From IMG/VR virus record IMGVR_UViG_3300029258_002403: a stretch of 64,000 bases of DNA; one strand, given 5' to 3'. A model generated the notes under the pieces. It was not told where the DNA came from and did not search any database. It saw nothing but the letters and a program-made list of their open reading frames with translations. Position 1 is the stretch's first letter. Every line of letters starts with the position of its first letter. Below are positions 1 through 10,168 of the stretch, in pieces. The translations under genes were made by a program, and so were the position numbers. Source of the stretch: an uncultured virus (IMG/VR IMGVR_UViG_3300029258_002403). Lineage: Duplodnaviria > Heunggongvirae > Uroviricota > Caudoviricetes.

Positions 1-244
1 CCATGCGGGTGCGGATCGACCCGTCCGGGTTGAGCTTGTACTTCGGCGGCGCCGTGTGGAACCAGCTGATCCGCTCGGCTGCCTTTTGGCCGCGGAGCAT
101 ATTGCCCGCCGACTGGTGAACGAACACCGTCTCAATCTCCCGGCCGCGGATCTCGCGGTACCGACCGGGGCCCGTGGGAAGGCCATCCAGGCGCACCAGG
201 CGGGTGTGCTCCCCCTCCCACTCCGTGGTGCGCAGAATGGTCAC
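1..244 (-). CDS. Probable N-acetylmuramoyl-L-alanine amidase endolysin, N-terminal part (runs off window)
   Basis: Hand translation from GTG at 244: MTILRTTEW...IETVFVHQSAG...ERISWFH; 'VFVHQSAG' resembles the amidase_2 first Zn-His strand; follows the tail genes. Confidence 0.5.
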   Translation of the reverse strand, partial: MTILRTTEWEGEHTRLVRLDGLPTGPGRYREIRGREIETVFVHQSAGNMLRGQKAAERISWFHTAPPKYKLNPDGSIRTRM

Positions 245-429
245 TTGCTCCGCATCCCCTTTCCGGCCCCCTGGACCCCGCCGTTGCCGGAGGACAGCCC
301 CCGGGTGGCGGCGTCTTGGCGAGCCGGCTGGAGCGGGGGTGCCTTGGTGGCGTTCTGCGCCGAGCTACCCCGCCCCGTCTGGGGGAGGTTGATCTTGGCG
401 CGCTTCTCTGCTGCTGGGTCGTGGCTCAC
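241..429 (-). CDS. Small basic hypothetical protein (62 aa)
   Basis: GTG start overlaps upstream TGA (GTGA); its stop overlaps the next GTG. Confidence 0.55.
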   Translation of the reverse strand: MSHDPAAEKRAKINLPQTGRGSSAQNATKAPPLQPARQDAATRGLSSGNGGVQGAGKGMRSK

Positions 430-698
430 TTCTTCTTGCTCCCCGTGGTGGTGTTCTTTCCCTTGGACTTCTCGGCGGACTTCCCCTTGGACTTCTTGCC
501 GCTGCCGCCGGCCTTGGACTTGCCAGCGGCCCCCTTGCCGGGTGGCGGAGGTGGTCCCTTCTTGCCCGCCGCGGCCGCGGCTTTGCGGGCCGTAGACAGG
601 GCGATGGCGGTGGCCTGCTTCTTGGACTTGCCCGCCGCCATCTCCGTCTTGATGTTCTTGCCGATCGTCTTGGGGGTGTAGCCTTTCTTGAGTGGCAT
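426..698 (-). CDS. Small Lys-rich basic protein (MPLKKG... phage type)
   Basis: AGGAGG RBS; MPLKKGYTPKTIGKNIKTEMAAGKSKKQATAIAL plus K/G-rich tail. Confidence 0.75.
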   Translation of the reverse strand: MPLKKGYTPKTIGKNIKTEMAAGKSKKQATAIALSTARKAAAAAGKKGPPPPPGKGAAGKSKAGGSGKKSKGKSAEKSKGKNTTTGSKKK

Positions 699-706
699 GG
701 CGCCTC

Positions 707-2293
707 CTATCGTTGCTGAAGGATCCGGTCCCGGTACCCCACCACGGCCAAGTTGACCGCGTTGGTGGCGATGCCGCAGGCGTGGTCGAAGGTGATCGCC
801 CCCGCGGTGCCCGCCATGATGTCGAACTCGTACCGGTGCGCGTAGCTGTCCAGGGCGTTGTTGCTGTAGCCGAAGGCCACCGGTTCAACGAACACACCCG
901 CCAGGTTCTGGTTGGGCTCCTCCGCAGCGGTCATGTTGAACGTGTAGCTCTGCCCCTGGAGGAGGTTGTTGTCCAGGACCCGCACCTTGTACTCGAACGC
1001 CTCCGGGAGAACGATGGCGAACACGCCATGCACGGTGCCGTTGAGGAGGGGAGACAGGTTGCGCAAGGACCCGACCTGGCCCACCACCGACGACGCGGTC
1101 TGGGTGTCCTGGTCCTCGGGGAGCTTGGCGGTCTCCAGGATCCGCACTTGGTCCGCGCGGGTGAGCTGCTGGGTGAGCCCGGCGGGCGCCAAGGACTGGA
1201 TGTGGGTGACCGACCCCAGGTAGCTGGTGAAAGGGGTTGAACCTCCGCCCCACGTGGGGTCGTTAGGGCTCACCGACCCCGCGGGGTGAGGCCCCGTGGA
1301 CGTGCTCCCCACCGGGGCCACGTTGCTCCACATGACCACCCCGTTGATCGCGGACAGGGTGTTGCTCGGGATCCGGCCGCTCACGTCCAGGAACTCCCGG
1401 TTGAACGCCACGTCGGCGTCGTACCCCGCGGGATACGGCGGCGCGATCAGGTACGCGTAAATCACCTCGTCGGTGACGGGGTACGACTCGCCCAGGCGCC
1501 ATCCCGGGTTGCCCGGGAAGTTCGCCACCGCGATCGTCCCTGCGGGAACCTGGCTGATCGTGCCCTGGGTGCGGAACTTGATCGTGTACTCCCGAAACTG
1601 GACCGTGCCGCCGCCCGCCGCCAGGACGTTGATCCCACCCTTGTCCTTGGTGAACTCCGCCGTGAGGGTGGTGCTGTTGAATAGGGGGCGGCACAGGACC
1701 ACGTCGGTGGCGATCACGCTCGCCGCCGCGGCCGGAAGGTACACGTAGGCCAGGGGGATCTGGCCAGGGTTGCCCGGGGGGAACGCGGGGGTGGGCCCAG
1801 GGACCCCCGCGTTGACCGAGAACACCGGCTCGGGGCGGCGGATCTTGTCCACGTTGGCCGGGATGAACGTGCCCAGGGGCGGCTGGAAGATGTCCCGCGC
1901 CGACACCAACTCCGCCGTGTCACCAGGGGCCACCTCGATGCACACCCACCGGGGATTGCCCGGGTCCACGAACGCCGCCAAGTCCAGGGTGGACGTGGCC
2001 AGGGTTTCCACCTTGAGGTAGGGGCTGTCCAGGCTCGTGGGCGGGGTGTCATTCTTGAACGCCACCCCCGGGGTGATCGCCACGGTGTGGTCCACCCCCG
2101 GGTTGGCCGCCGACACCCGCAGGCCGCTCACCACGCCCGCCACCGGCACCCCGCTCTTGTACAGATCCCCGCTCAGAACCGCCGCCACCTCGTCCGTCCC
2201 CTTGGCGTGGAGGAGGGTGGTCATGTCGTTGAGGTCCGTGGACAGCAGGCGCTCACGGGTGTTGAAGATCAGGCGGCGGTTGTTGCTGGGCAT
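707..2293 (-). CDS. Tail fibre / baseplate-attached structural protein
   Basis: 528 aa; follows the baseplate wedge; N-terminal 'ERLLSTDLND...VVSGLRVSA...VAITPGVA' typical of fibre attachment domains. Confidence 0.6.
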   Translation of the reverse strand: MPSNNRRLIFNTRERLLSTDLNDMTTLLHAKGTDEVAAVLSGDLYKSGVPVAGVVSGLRVSAANPGVDHTVAITPGVAFKNDTPPTSLDSPYLKVETLATSTLDLAAFVDPGNPRWVCIEVAPGDTAELVSARDIFQPPLGTFIPANVDKIRRPEPVFSVNAGVPGPTPAFPPGNPGQIPLAYVYLPAAAASVIATDVVLCRPLFNSTTLTAEFTKDKGGINVLAAGGGTVQFREYTIKFRTQGTISQVPAGTIAVANFPGNPGWRLGESYPVTDEVIYAYLIAPPYPAGYDADVAFNREFLDVSGRIPSNTLSAINGVVMWSNVAPVGSTSTGPHPAGSVSPNDPTWGGGSTPFTSYLGSVTHIQSLAPAGLTQQLTRADQVRILETAKLPEDQDTQTASSVVGQVGSLRNLSPLLNGTVHGVFAIVLPEAFEYKVRVLDNNLLQGQSYTFNMTAAEEPNQNLAGVFVEPVAFGYSNNALDSYAHRYEFDIMAGTAGAITFDHACGIATNAVNLAVVGYRDRILQQR

Positions 2294-2295
2294 GA

Positions 2296-4239
2296 CTAGC
2301 AGGCTCCTGGGACGGTAAGGTCTTCGCGGCGGAGGAGGGTGAATCCTACGCCACCGGCTCGGATGGCGTCCACGGCGGAGTAAATCGCCGCGTACGTGGC
2401 ATAGCCGTCGATCGGGAACCCATCCATGAACCCGAACGCGCTGGGGCCGTAGTACACCTGGACCGTCTCATCGAAGAACAGCGGCCCCTCGTCCAGGAAG
2501 ATCCCGAAGTCCCCCTCGCCAAGGTACGGCGCCTTGACCAAGAACCAGCCGTATGCCTCCTGCGCGGACTGGAGGACGAGCCATGGGTCCTTGGGGAACA
2601 AGTCCCCCGCCGCGTACATATCGAACGCGGCCACGATCTCGGGCGCGAGCGCGGGGTCCAGGTCGAAGAACAGGCCGGTGAACCCCGCCCCCACGGTGTC
2701 CCCGATCGTCACATCGCACACGTCACCTCGGAAGCCGAGCGGCCGAAGGACCCGGTTGACGGCGCGGAGGATCGCGTTGGGACTCACCACGTCGGCCAGG
2801 CGGCTCACCCGGTCCCGGAACACGTCGTCGCTCTCTCCGTTCTGCTGGTACAGCCCTCGCTGGTCCCCCAGGATGAACAGGTCGTCGTCCCGGCCGCCGG
2901 TGAACGGCTCGGCCTCCACGATCTCCAGGCCCACCCCGGCCGCGGTGTAGTCGAGCAAGGTCCACTTGACCGTGCCGGTCACTGGGTCCGCCGCCTCGGC
3001 GGTGAGGGGCTGGGGGTTGTACATCACCACCCGCCCGGCTGCCGGGGGGTCCGTGACTGCCACGAACGCGTCCACCCGCGCACGGGCGTAGAACAGGTTG
3101 AGGCCGGACCCCGCAGGGGACAGGAGGGACTGCCACCCCAGGGGGATGGTCCACCGCACGTCGTACGTGCCGGCTCCTGCCGTGGGCTTGAACCCCTCCG
3201 TGGGGTCGTCAATGTCTGGGAGGGGCTGCCACGCCAGGCCGTCCCAGTATTCCCACACGATCGTCCAGTCGCCCACCCCCGGCGTGTCTAGGCGGATCTC
3301 CACCCCCGTGGTGAACTCGGTGAACCCGAAGTAGAACGCGTCCCCCACCGCAGGCACGGCGGGGAGCAGGGGAACGTCACCGATCCCGTTCTCGTTGCGC
3401 GCCTGGATGTCGTAGTCCGTGAACACGCCGCCGTCGTCCTGTAGGGCCTCCACCGTGTTGACCCGGCGCTCGTCCTCCAGGAACACCCGGCGGGGGAAGC
3501 GGCCGCTCCCCAGGGGGATCTCCAGTTCCGGCCAGTCGAACCCCACGATCCGCATGAACCGCCCCACGTTGCTGGGGGTGGCGGCGGTATCGATCCGCAC
3601 GTGGAGGCCCACGTCGGCGGGGTTGAATAGGTCGGGAATCCCGCTGTCCTGGAGGACGCTCTGGGACAGGAGCAGGATCGACCCCTCCCCCGCGGCCCGA
3701 CCGCCGGCCTGGTCCACGATGGAGATCAGATCCACGTCCAGGCCCCCCTCGGGGTTGGCCAGATGGTCCAGGTTGCCGATGAACCCCACCACCTCGCACA
3801 CGAACCGCACGGTACGGTCGTTGGTGTCCCCGGGGTTCCACACCACACGGTCCCGGTTGACGTAGAACCGGCCCCCATCCGCGGCCAGGCGCATCCGCCC
3901 GGGGTCGATCACCAGCGCATCACTGCGGTCCCCCACGCGCCGGAGGACAACGTCCCCTTGGGCGATCCCCGCCGCGCGGGCGCTGGAGGCGGGGAGGTCC
4001 GTCTGGATGGCGCTCGGGAGGTGGTACCGGGCCTGGATGGACCGGTTGGCCTTGGCGGCCACCTGGGCCCACTGGTAGGCCATGGACCGGATCAAGGCGA
4101 AGGACGGGTGGGCGTCGCCAGGGGCGTTCCCCCCGTTGAGGAACGGCTCGCTGTACTCCCGGGGGACCACCCGGCGCCACACCTCGATCAACTGCTCGGG
4201 GGTGGGGGGTCCTGCGGGCGCGGGGAGGGTCTTAGCCAT
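2296..4239 (-). CDS. Baseplate wedge protein
   Basis: 647 aa downstream of baseplate J; 'DLFILGDQRGLYQQNGESDDVFRDRV' wedge-type motif. Confidence 0.65.
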   Translation of the reverse strand: MAKTLPAPAGPPTPEQLIEVWRRVVPREYSEPFLNGGNAPGDAHPSFALIRSMAYQWAQVAAKANRSIQARYHLPSAIQTDLPASSARAAGIAQGDVVLRRVGDRSDALVIDPGRMRLAADGGRFYVNRDRVVWNPGDTNDRTVRFVCEVVGFIGNLDHLANPEGGLDVDLISIVDQAGGRAAGEGSILLLSQSVLQDSGIPDLFNPADVGLHVRIDTAATPSNVGRFMRIVGFDWPELEIPLGSGRFPRRVFLEDERRVNTVEALQDDGGVFTDYDIQARNENGIGDVPLLPAVPAVGDAFYFGFTEFTTGVEIRLDTPGVGDWTIVWEYWDGLAWQPLPDIDDPTEGFKPTAGAGTYDVRWTIPLGWQSLLSPAGSGLNLFYARARVDAFVAVTDPPAAGRVVMYNPQPLTAEAADPVTGTVKWTLLDYTAAGVGLEIVEAEPFTGGRDDDLFILGDQRGLYQQNGESDDVFRDRVSRLADVVSPNAILRAVNRVLRPLGFRGDVCDVTIGDTVGAGFTGLFFDLDPALAPEIVAAFDMYAAGDLFPKDPWLVLQSAQEAYGWFLVKAPYLGEGDFGIFLDEGPLFFDETVQVYYGPSAFGFMDGFPIDGYATYAAIYSAVDAIRAGGVGFTLLRREDLTVPGAC

Positions 4240-4552
4240 CGGTCAGGCGCCTCCCCTTGGTGAAGTTCTCCCGCCGGGCGCCCCCGCGCTCCACATGCGC
4301 GCGGAACTCCGCACGCATCTCGGCGCGTGCCCGCTCACGCTCGGCGCGGCTGATCGCGGGGCGCACTCGGGGGGTGGCGTAGGGGAGGCGGGTCTTGGGG
4401 TCGATCTCCTCCACCACCTTGTCCATGACCTTGCCGCACTCCCAGCACTCCAGGGCGCACTCGGGGTCGTCTGGGCTCGCGCCCTCGGCCACTGTGAAGT
4501 CCGTCATGGCGGCGCACCGGGGGCACCAGAATCGTCCTGCGGGAAACTCCAT
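4232..4552 (-). CDS. Zinc-ribbon protein
   Basis: CPRC...CWECG; coupled within the baseplate operon. Confidence 0.65.
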   Translation of the reverse strand: MEFPAGRFWCPRCAAMTDFTVAEGASPDDPECALECWECGKVMDKVVEEIDPKTRLPYATPRVRPAISRAERERARAEMRAEFRAHVERGGARRENFTKGRRLTDG

Positions 4553-4555
4553 GGC

Positions 4556-5662
4556 CTACCCCGTGAGGCTGATCCGATCGCGGGTGGTACGGATGACCGT
4601 GCCGGTGAGGGGCACCAAGTCCCCCGCGGGGGTGGACACGGCCCCGTTGGGCACGATCAACTGCTCGGTGTTGGACAGGACGCGCAGGATGTCTGCGTAC
4701 CGGAGGGTGGCGCCTGGGGCCAGGCCGTTGACCAGGGCGAGCACCGCGTTGGCGGCGTTCTGGAGCACCTGGGTGGTGTTGGCGCCGCTGGTGAACTGGA
4801 GGCCGCTCGCGGCGATGTTGACGAACTGGGGGACCGCCGGCACCACGCTCACGGGCACTCCCAGGGCGCGGTACTCGTCCAGGCTCCGGGCCACCTCGTC
4901 CCCCAGGGCGGCGTTGCTCTGGCCGTCCGGGTCGCTGATGTTGAGGAGGACCCGGTATCCCGGGAGGCCCGTGCTCTCCTGGAACACCTCCTCCGCACTG
5001 GCCTGGTCCACCCGCCCCACCTCCGTGGCGCCGAACTCGATCGCCTCCCGGGTGCCCCGGCGGGCGGTCACGAAAAAATCGCGGGCGCGGGCGCGTAGCT
5101 CGTCGTCCGTTTCCCGCTCGTTGCCCCCCGCGGCCACCTGGAGGTTGGTCACCGCCAGGGAACTGTCCGCCTGGGCGGTGAGCACCTGGGTGATCGTCCC
5201 TTCGCTCACGTTGCCCTCCGGCCCCGTGCGCTCGGCGGTGGCCAAGACGGTGAGCGGACCCAGGACACCCGCGCCGAAAGCCACGTCGTTGACGATGGCG
5301 AACACCACCCCATCCTCGGTGCCAAACCGGCTCCCCTCCGGGATGGTGAACCCAATGGTGCCGTCCGACCGCTGGAGGGAGAGCGTGACCACCGCGTTGG
5401 TGGCCTCCTTGCGGGTGAGTTGGTACCGGTCGTACACCCACCGGTCCAGGGCCTCCCCGCGCGACGTGGCCAGGGCAAGCTCGTTGAGGCTCACCTGGAG
5501 GTACCGCACCACCTCCTCCCCCATGGCGGCGCTGCTGTTGAGGACGGTGTTTACGTCGGACCCGTCCGTGTCGATGATGGCGCGGTCGAAGCGCGTGGGG
5601 CTCAGGAGCGCGTTGTTGCGCCCTACCAGGAACAGGTCGCGCTGGGTGGGTGCGTCCGCCAT
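4556..5662 (-). CDS. Baseplate J-like protein
   Basis: 'ATSRGEALDRW', 'TGPEGNV', 'GGNERETDDELRARA' baseplate-J motifs. Confidence 0.9.
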   Translation of the reverse strand: MADAPTQRDLFLVGRNNALLSPTRFDRAIIDTDGSDVNTVLNSSAAMGEEVVRYLQVSLNELALATSRGEALDRWVYDRYQLTRKEATNAVVTLSLQRSDGTIGFTIPEGSRFGTEDGVVFAIVNDVAFGAGVLGPLTVLATAERTGPEGNVSEGTITQVLTAQADSSLAVTNLQVAAGGNERETDDELRARARDFFVTARRGTREAIEFGATEVGRVDQASAEEVFQESTGLPGYRVLLNISDPDGQSNAALGDEVARSLDEYRALGVPVSVVPAVPQFVNIAASGLQFTSGANTTQVLQNAANAVLALVNGLAPGATLRYADILRVLSNTEQLIVPNGAVSTPAGDLVPLTGTVIRTTRDRISLTG

Positions 5663-5682
5663 CTCGGCGGCAGCTTACCACG

Positions 5683-6558
5683 TCAGGACAGGGGCTCGGA
5701 AAACAGTAGGCGCCGGGTCGTAGCGTCCCGTTGCTGGACGAACGCTGCGATGTTGACGAACGTGCCGCTCCCCGTGCGGTCCACGGACACTTCCACCCCC
5801 GCGTTCACCACGTCCGGCTCGGCCTTGATCTGCTCTGCGATCAGCCCCGCCAGTTCTTGGAGCCGTCCGGCGCGGGCCAGGGACTTCACCTTGACCCCCA
5901 CCCCGTACTCCGGGAGCCACGAGAACGCGCCGGGGTCCGTAAACACCCTGCGGTAAATCCGCTTGCGGAGGCTGGTCACCGCGTCCTGGAGGCCGATGTC
6001 CCCGTTGGCATCCTGCCGGTACACCTGGGACACCTCCCCTGGCCGGGGCTCGATGATGTAGTCGAAGTCCCGGTACCGCTCCTGCGAGATCTCCGTCACG
6101 CTCAACTGGCGGGACAGGCCTGGGGCCCGGAACTCAAACACGTTGGGCCCGGCGAACGTCTCCCCGTTGGCGCCGCAGATCGACGGGGAGATGGTCACCT
6201 CGTATCGCACCCGCGGCTGGAGTGCCGAGTCGGCGGCCACCACGATCTGGGTGGGGTCACCGTCTGGGTCCTCGCTCGCGATGGCGCTTTTGGGGAACCG
6301 GGTGGGGACGAACTCGCCCGGCGGCACCACCACGGTTCCGTCCGTGGCGGTGTAGCTCGGGTCGATGGCGGCCAGCGCGAAGTTCTCCTCATTGGTGGCG
6401 CTCGTGAACGCCTGGGGATCCAGCACTTCGGGCGGGGTGTCGAACACCACCACGAACTCCCCGTTGGACAAGGGGAGGACGCCGAGCACAGTGATCAGGC
6501 CCGGTCCCCCGAAGGGGCCAGGCCCAGTACCCAGCGGCGACTGGCCGAACGCGGTCAC
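5683..6558 (-). CDS. gp25/gpW-like baseplate protein with N-terminal Ig-like domain
   Basis: C-terminal 'SLRKRIYRRVFTDPGAFSWLPEYGVGV...IAEQIKAEPDV' is gp25-like; precedes baseplate J. Confidence 0.7.
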   Translation of the reverse strand: MTAFGQSPLGTGPGPFGGPGLITVLGVLPLSNGEFVVVFDTPPEVLDPQAFTSATNEENFALAAIDPSYTATDGTVVVPPGEFVPTRFPKSAIASEDPDGDPTQIVVAADSALQPRVRYEVTISPSICGANGETFAGPNVFEFRAPGLSRQLSVTEISQERYRDFDYIIEPRPGEVSQVYRQDANGDIGLQDAVTSLRKRIYRRVFTDPGAFSWLPEYGVGVKVKSLARAGRLQELAGLIAEQIKAEPDVVNAGVEVSVDRTGSGTFVNIAAFVQQRDATTRRLLFSEPLS

Positions 6559-6570
6559 GCGCCCAGTGTA

Positions 6571-6993
6571 CTACGGGACGGCGGTGACGGTGCCGATCGC
6601 GGCCACCAGTTCCCACGCGGGCGTGGGCGACCCCACCACGGGCATCACCGTGATCGCGGCGCCGGCCGTGTCCAGGGTGTACGATGTGTTGCCGTCGATC
6701 GGCTGGGCCAGGGTGATGGTGGTCACCTCGGTGGCCGCCGCCGATCGCTTGAAGGTGTGGGGGATGGGCTGAACCGCCTCATCGGTGAGGTCTAGGCCCA
6801 CGAACGCGTGCGCGTCGGTGGCCTCGCGGCTCACGTGGAGGTTGGCCTCGGGGTCGGCCTCCACGTCATTCCCGGCGGTGCTCCCGTCCGGTACGTCCTG
6901 GGTCTTGACCCCCACGAGGTCCCCGGCGCGGGAGGCATCCCACTTGCCGAGGCGTTCGCGGAGGGCGGGTCGTGCTTGGGTCTCTCGCGCCAT
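6571..6993 (-). CDS. Hypothetical virion protein
   Basis: 140 aa ORF within the tail module. Confidence 0.6.
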   Translation of the reverse strand: MARETQARPALRERLGKWDASRAGDLVGVKTQDVPDGSTAGNDVEADPEANLHVSREATDAHAFVGLDLTDEAVQPIPHTFKRSAAATEVTTITLAQPIDGNTSYTLDTAGAAITVMPVVGSPTPAWELVAAIGTVTAVP

Positions 6994-7031
6994 GGGAGGA
7001 GCCTACACCGCGCGCCACGGCGGTGTCGAGA

Positions 7032-7550
7032 CTAGATGGCGGTGTCCCGGTTGAAGGCCACGGGGCCTTCCGCCACGGTCTTGCGGAGCACGTCCGTCCC
7101 GTCGTTCAGTTCCAAGTCCCACACCCCGTGGTCGGGGTACAGCCGAGTCTCGTTGGCCGGGGCGGTCACGATGATCTGGCCGCTCGTGGGGGTGCCGCTG
7201 GTCTGATCCACCGCCACCGCCAGGGCCCATTCCTGGGGGTGATCTTTGGCCCGCCGAATCACCGCCCGCCCCTGGAGTCCCGTGAGCGCCTGGGGCCCGG
7301 TGCCCCGACCGTAGGGGTAGTCGGGATCCACACAACCCGCGCCGGGGGCGCCTGTCACTTCGCGGTACGCACGAAACACCCACCGCAGGCTGTCCCCCCG
7401 CTGGATCTGGAGAGGGATGATCAAGCTCGGCCCCAGGTACCCCGGGAAGTCCGCAATCCGGCCGATGGGGATCGGCACAGGCATGGGGGGCATGACCAGG
7501 CGGCGGTCGGGGAGGTACGGGCCGAACGGGGTGGGGTTGGGGTAGCTCAT
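7032..7550 (-). CDS. Putative tail/baseplate accessory protein
   Basis: 'IQRGDSLRW...GQIIVT...ETRLY...GVWDLEL...VAEGPV' resembles a beta-sandwich common in phage tail modules. Confidence 0.6.
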   Translation of the reverse strand: MSYPNPTPFGPYLPDRRLVMPPMPVPIPIGRIADFPGYLGPSLIIPLQIQRGDSLRWVFRAYREVTGAPGAGCVDPDYPYGRGTGPQALTGLQGRAVIRRAKDHPQEWALAVAVDQTSGTPTSGQIIVTAPANETRLYPDHGVWDLELNDGTDVLRKTVAEGPVAFNRDTAI

Positions 7551-7560
7551 GGCGGGGCTC

Positions 7561-8034
7561 CTACAGGAAGTTGCTGTCCCCCACGCCGTAGAAGTTGGTG
7601 CCGTCGTAGTACAGGCGGATCAGGGCGGTGGGGTCGATCGCCGGCGCGCTGCCGCCAGGCCACAGGACGTTGGCGGGCCACGTGGACCCGATCCCCACCC
7701 CCGGCCCGTTGGCGAACCGAAGGACGTAGGTGATCCCCGCTACGGCGTTGGACAACGTGAAGTCCGCGGCGCTCGCCTGGGCGCTGATGTCCAGGTGGAC
7801 GTTGCGCCCGTTGGCGAAGTCGATCGCAGTGGTGACGCTGTCCACCGTGGCGATGGCCTGGGGCCTGTCGATCGGCTCCCACGCGTTCACCGGGGGCGCC
7901 CGGTACACGTACCGCTGCCCCGTGTCCTCCAGGATGGCGAAGTCCCCATGAACGGCACCGATGCTCCCCGCGCCGATGAAGGAGGTGAGTTGGTCTGCGT
8001 TAGCGAAGGACCACGTGTTCTGCTTGCGGGACAT
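7561..8034 (-). CDS. Tail-fibre-associated protein
   Basis: 'IDFANGRN...TLSNAVAG...TWPANVLWPGGSAP...LYYDGTNFYG' fibre C-terminal-type domain. Confidence 0.6.
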   Translation of the reverse strand: MSRKQNTWSFANADQLTSFIGAGSIGAVHGDFAILEDTGQRYVYRAPPVNAWEPIDRPQAIATVDSVTTAIDFANGRNVHLDISAQASAADFTLSNAVAGITYVLRFANGPGVGIGSTWPANVLWPGGSAPAIDPTALIRLYYDGTNFYGVGDSNFL

Positions 8035-8037
8035 GGG

Positions 8038-9864
8038 CTAGCTCGCTGGGTGTCCGTCCACCACGGTGTACTCCACGTACCCGGTGTACGTGAGCGGGGG
8101 GCCAGGCGCGGCCACGTTGAGTCCTTGGAGGTAGATCGACGCGTCCGGGGCGAACACGTCCGGTCCAAACTGGATGTCGGCCCCGATGTCGGCGCTCTTG
8201 ACGATCGTCTCCACCTTGGTCCACACCCCGAACGTGTACTCCCACACCTCCTCCAGGACCCCGATGCGGGTGGGGGCAGGGGATAGCGTCTCCTCCTTAC
8301 GCGACACCACGGCGCGAATGTGGATCTTCCAGTTGGCCCCGTCTGCCGCCGGGCTCCACGTGTAGATCGGTGCTCCGATGTTGGCGTGGAACGGGACCGG
8401 AGGGTCCCCTCCGATGGGGAACAGCGTGGCGCGGCGCACACCCTTGCCATGGAACGTGTCCGTGAGGCCCAAGGGGCGGCCGCTTGGCTCCGTGGTGGGG
8501 TCGCCCAGGGGGGTGGACTCGTAGGGGTCCCAGAACAGCCAGTCTTCCAGGTTGACGAACCCGTCGTTGCCATTGGTGTTGGGCCCGGCGGCGAGCACCT
8601 CGTCCCATCGGCCACCGCCCCCCGTGTTGTACTCGGGGAGCCACAAGTCCACGAGGGGACCAGATGGCGCTGCGGGGGTGGAGTCACCGAACGCCCCATT
8701 GAGGATGGCAAAGTTCGCAGGCGGGAACCCGCTGTTGTCTTGGATCTGGAGGTCGTACAGGTCGGGGACCCCCGCGAGGTCGAACGCGAAGATTTCCGCG
8801 TCGATCGTCCACGGGGTGCCGGGTCCCCCAGGCTGGTCCGCTGCCGTCACGTTGAGGAACAGGGGGAACCCGGGCCCTTGGGGGATCAGGAGCACGGCGA
8901 TGTCGAGCAGGGCGGGAAGGGTGCCACCGGTTCCGCTGATCACGATGGGCACGGGGGCGGGGTTGGGCCCTGCGAAGGTGTCCGGCACCACAGAGAGCAC
9001 CGTCCCCGGCGGCGGCGGGGTGAAGTCCTTGACCGCCTCCCACTGGATCACCGTGTACCCGGTGAACGTCCCCGCGGGGTACGTGAGGGCGGGCGCTGGG
9101 GCAGCGGCGGTCAGGAAGTCCACGATGGAGTCATCCCCGCCCGCCAGGGTGATCTCCAGGTCCGCGGAGGGGTTGCCGAAGGGAAGGACCACGGAACACC
9201 GCCGGCCGCCGCCCGCTTCCGCGGGGGTGATCTCTGGGAGGACCAGGGACATGGGCGGGGGGAAGGGAAACGGGCCGGAGTTGATAAACACCACCCGCTC
9301 ACCGAGCGCGGGGGACAGTGTGTCCCCAGGCCCTCCCGTGAGGGCGGGGTTGGTGATGGCCTCGGTCCCGCCGCCGCTGCCGCCGATCGCCCCGGCCACG
9401 GCCTGGAGGAGGTGAAGCCACTGGTCCAAGTCCTCCCACCACCCGGTATCGTTGGGGTTGCCAGGGTTGGCCCACGCGGCCTCCCAGTTGGCCTCCACGG
9501 TCTCGGCGCTTGCGATGTACCGGGTGTTGAACGTGTCCGGGCCGATCGTGATCGGTGCGTTGCGCACCGCCACCGCCACGGTGTCCACCTCCCCGGTGAG
9601 CCCCTCGTTCACCTGGAGTTGGATCAGGTACGTCCCCTCGATGTCCGGCTCCAAGGTGGGCTGCGCGGCCACCACGTTGGACAGGACCGCGCTGGAACCG
9701 CGGGGAACAGACAGGAGGGTCCACCGCCACCCCCGCACCCCGTTGTCGTCGGCGTTGGACAGCACCACTGGATTGGCGCCGGAGAACAGTGCGATGTCGT
9801 CGCGGCTCACGCCGGGAGCACCACGCACGCCACTCTGGGTGATCACGATGTTCGCGGCGGCCAC
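8038..9864 (-). CDS. Virion protein with N-terminal PKD/Ig-like domain
   Basis: 'WRWTLLSVPRGSSAVLS...PTLEPDIEGTYLIQLQVN' PKD-like; Pro-rich. Confidence 0.65.
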   Translation of the reverse strand: MAAANIVITQSGVRGAPGVSRDDIALFSGANPVVLSNADDNGVRGWRWTLLSVPRGSSAVLSNVVAAQPTLEPDIEGTYLIQLQVNEGLTGEVDTVAVAVRNAPITIGPDTFNTRYIASAETVEANWEAAWANPGNPNDTGWWEDLDQWLHLLQAVAGAIGGSGGGTEAITNPALTGGPGDTLSPALGERVVFINSGPFPFPPPMSLVLPEITPAEAGGGRRCSVVLPFGNPSADLEITLAGGDDSIVDFLTAAAPAPALTYPAGTFTGYTVIQWEAVKDFTPPPPGTVLSVVPDTFAGPNPAPVPIVISGTGGTLPALLDIAVLLIPQGPGFPLFLNVTAADQPGGPGTPWTIDAEIFAFDLAGVPDLYDLQIQDNSGFPPANFAILNGAFGDSTPAAPSGPLVDLWLPEYNTGGGGRWDEVLAAGPNTNGNDGFVNLEDWLFWDPYESTPLGDPTTEPSGRPLGLTDTFHGKGVRRATLFPIGGDPPVPFHANIGAPIYTWSPAADGANWKIHIRAVVSRKEETLSPAPTRIGVLEEVWEYTFGVWTKVETIVKSADIGADIQFGPDVFAPDASIYLQGLNVAAPGPPLTYTGYVEYTVVDGHPAS

Positions 9865-9868
9865 GGCC

Positions 9869-10168
9869 CTACTCTACAACCGGGGGGACCATGGCGTCGA
9901 GTTCGTCGTCCACGGGTTTGCGGCGGGTAGGCTCCTCCCACCCTCCGGCGGCGATCTCCGCGCCGTGCTTGAGCCACATGGCGCCCATGATCCGCCGCAG
10001 GTGGGTGGGCACGAACCCCCGGGTGAGCACCTCCACGCACGAGTCCACTTGGGACCCCCCGATGTCCAGGTGGCCGCCGCGGTGCGCGCGGAGGAGCCGT
10101 CCGGCGATCCGCTTGACGGTGGCAAGGCGGGGAATCCAGTTCGCCCCGGGGGAGGGGGGCTCAACCAT
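9869..10168 (-). CDS. Hypothetical protein
   Basis: 99 aa; overlaps upstream stop and fills the gap. Confidence 0.45.
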   Translation of the reverse strand: MVEPPSPGANWIPRLATVKRIAGRLLRAHRGGHLDIGGSQVDSCVEVLTRGFVPTHLRRIMGAMWLKHGAEIAAGGWEEPTRRKPVDDELDAMVPPVVE

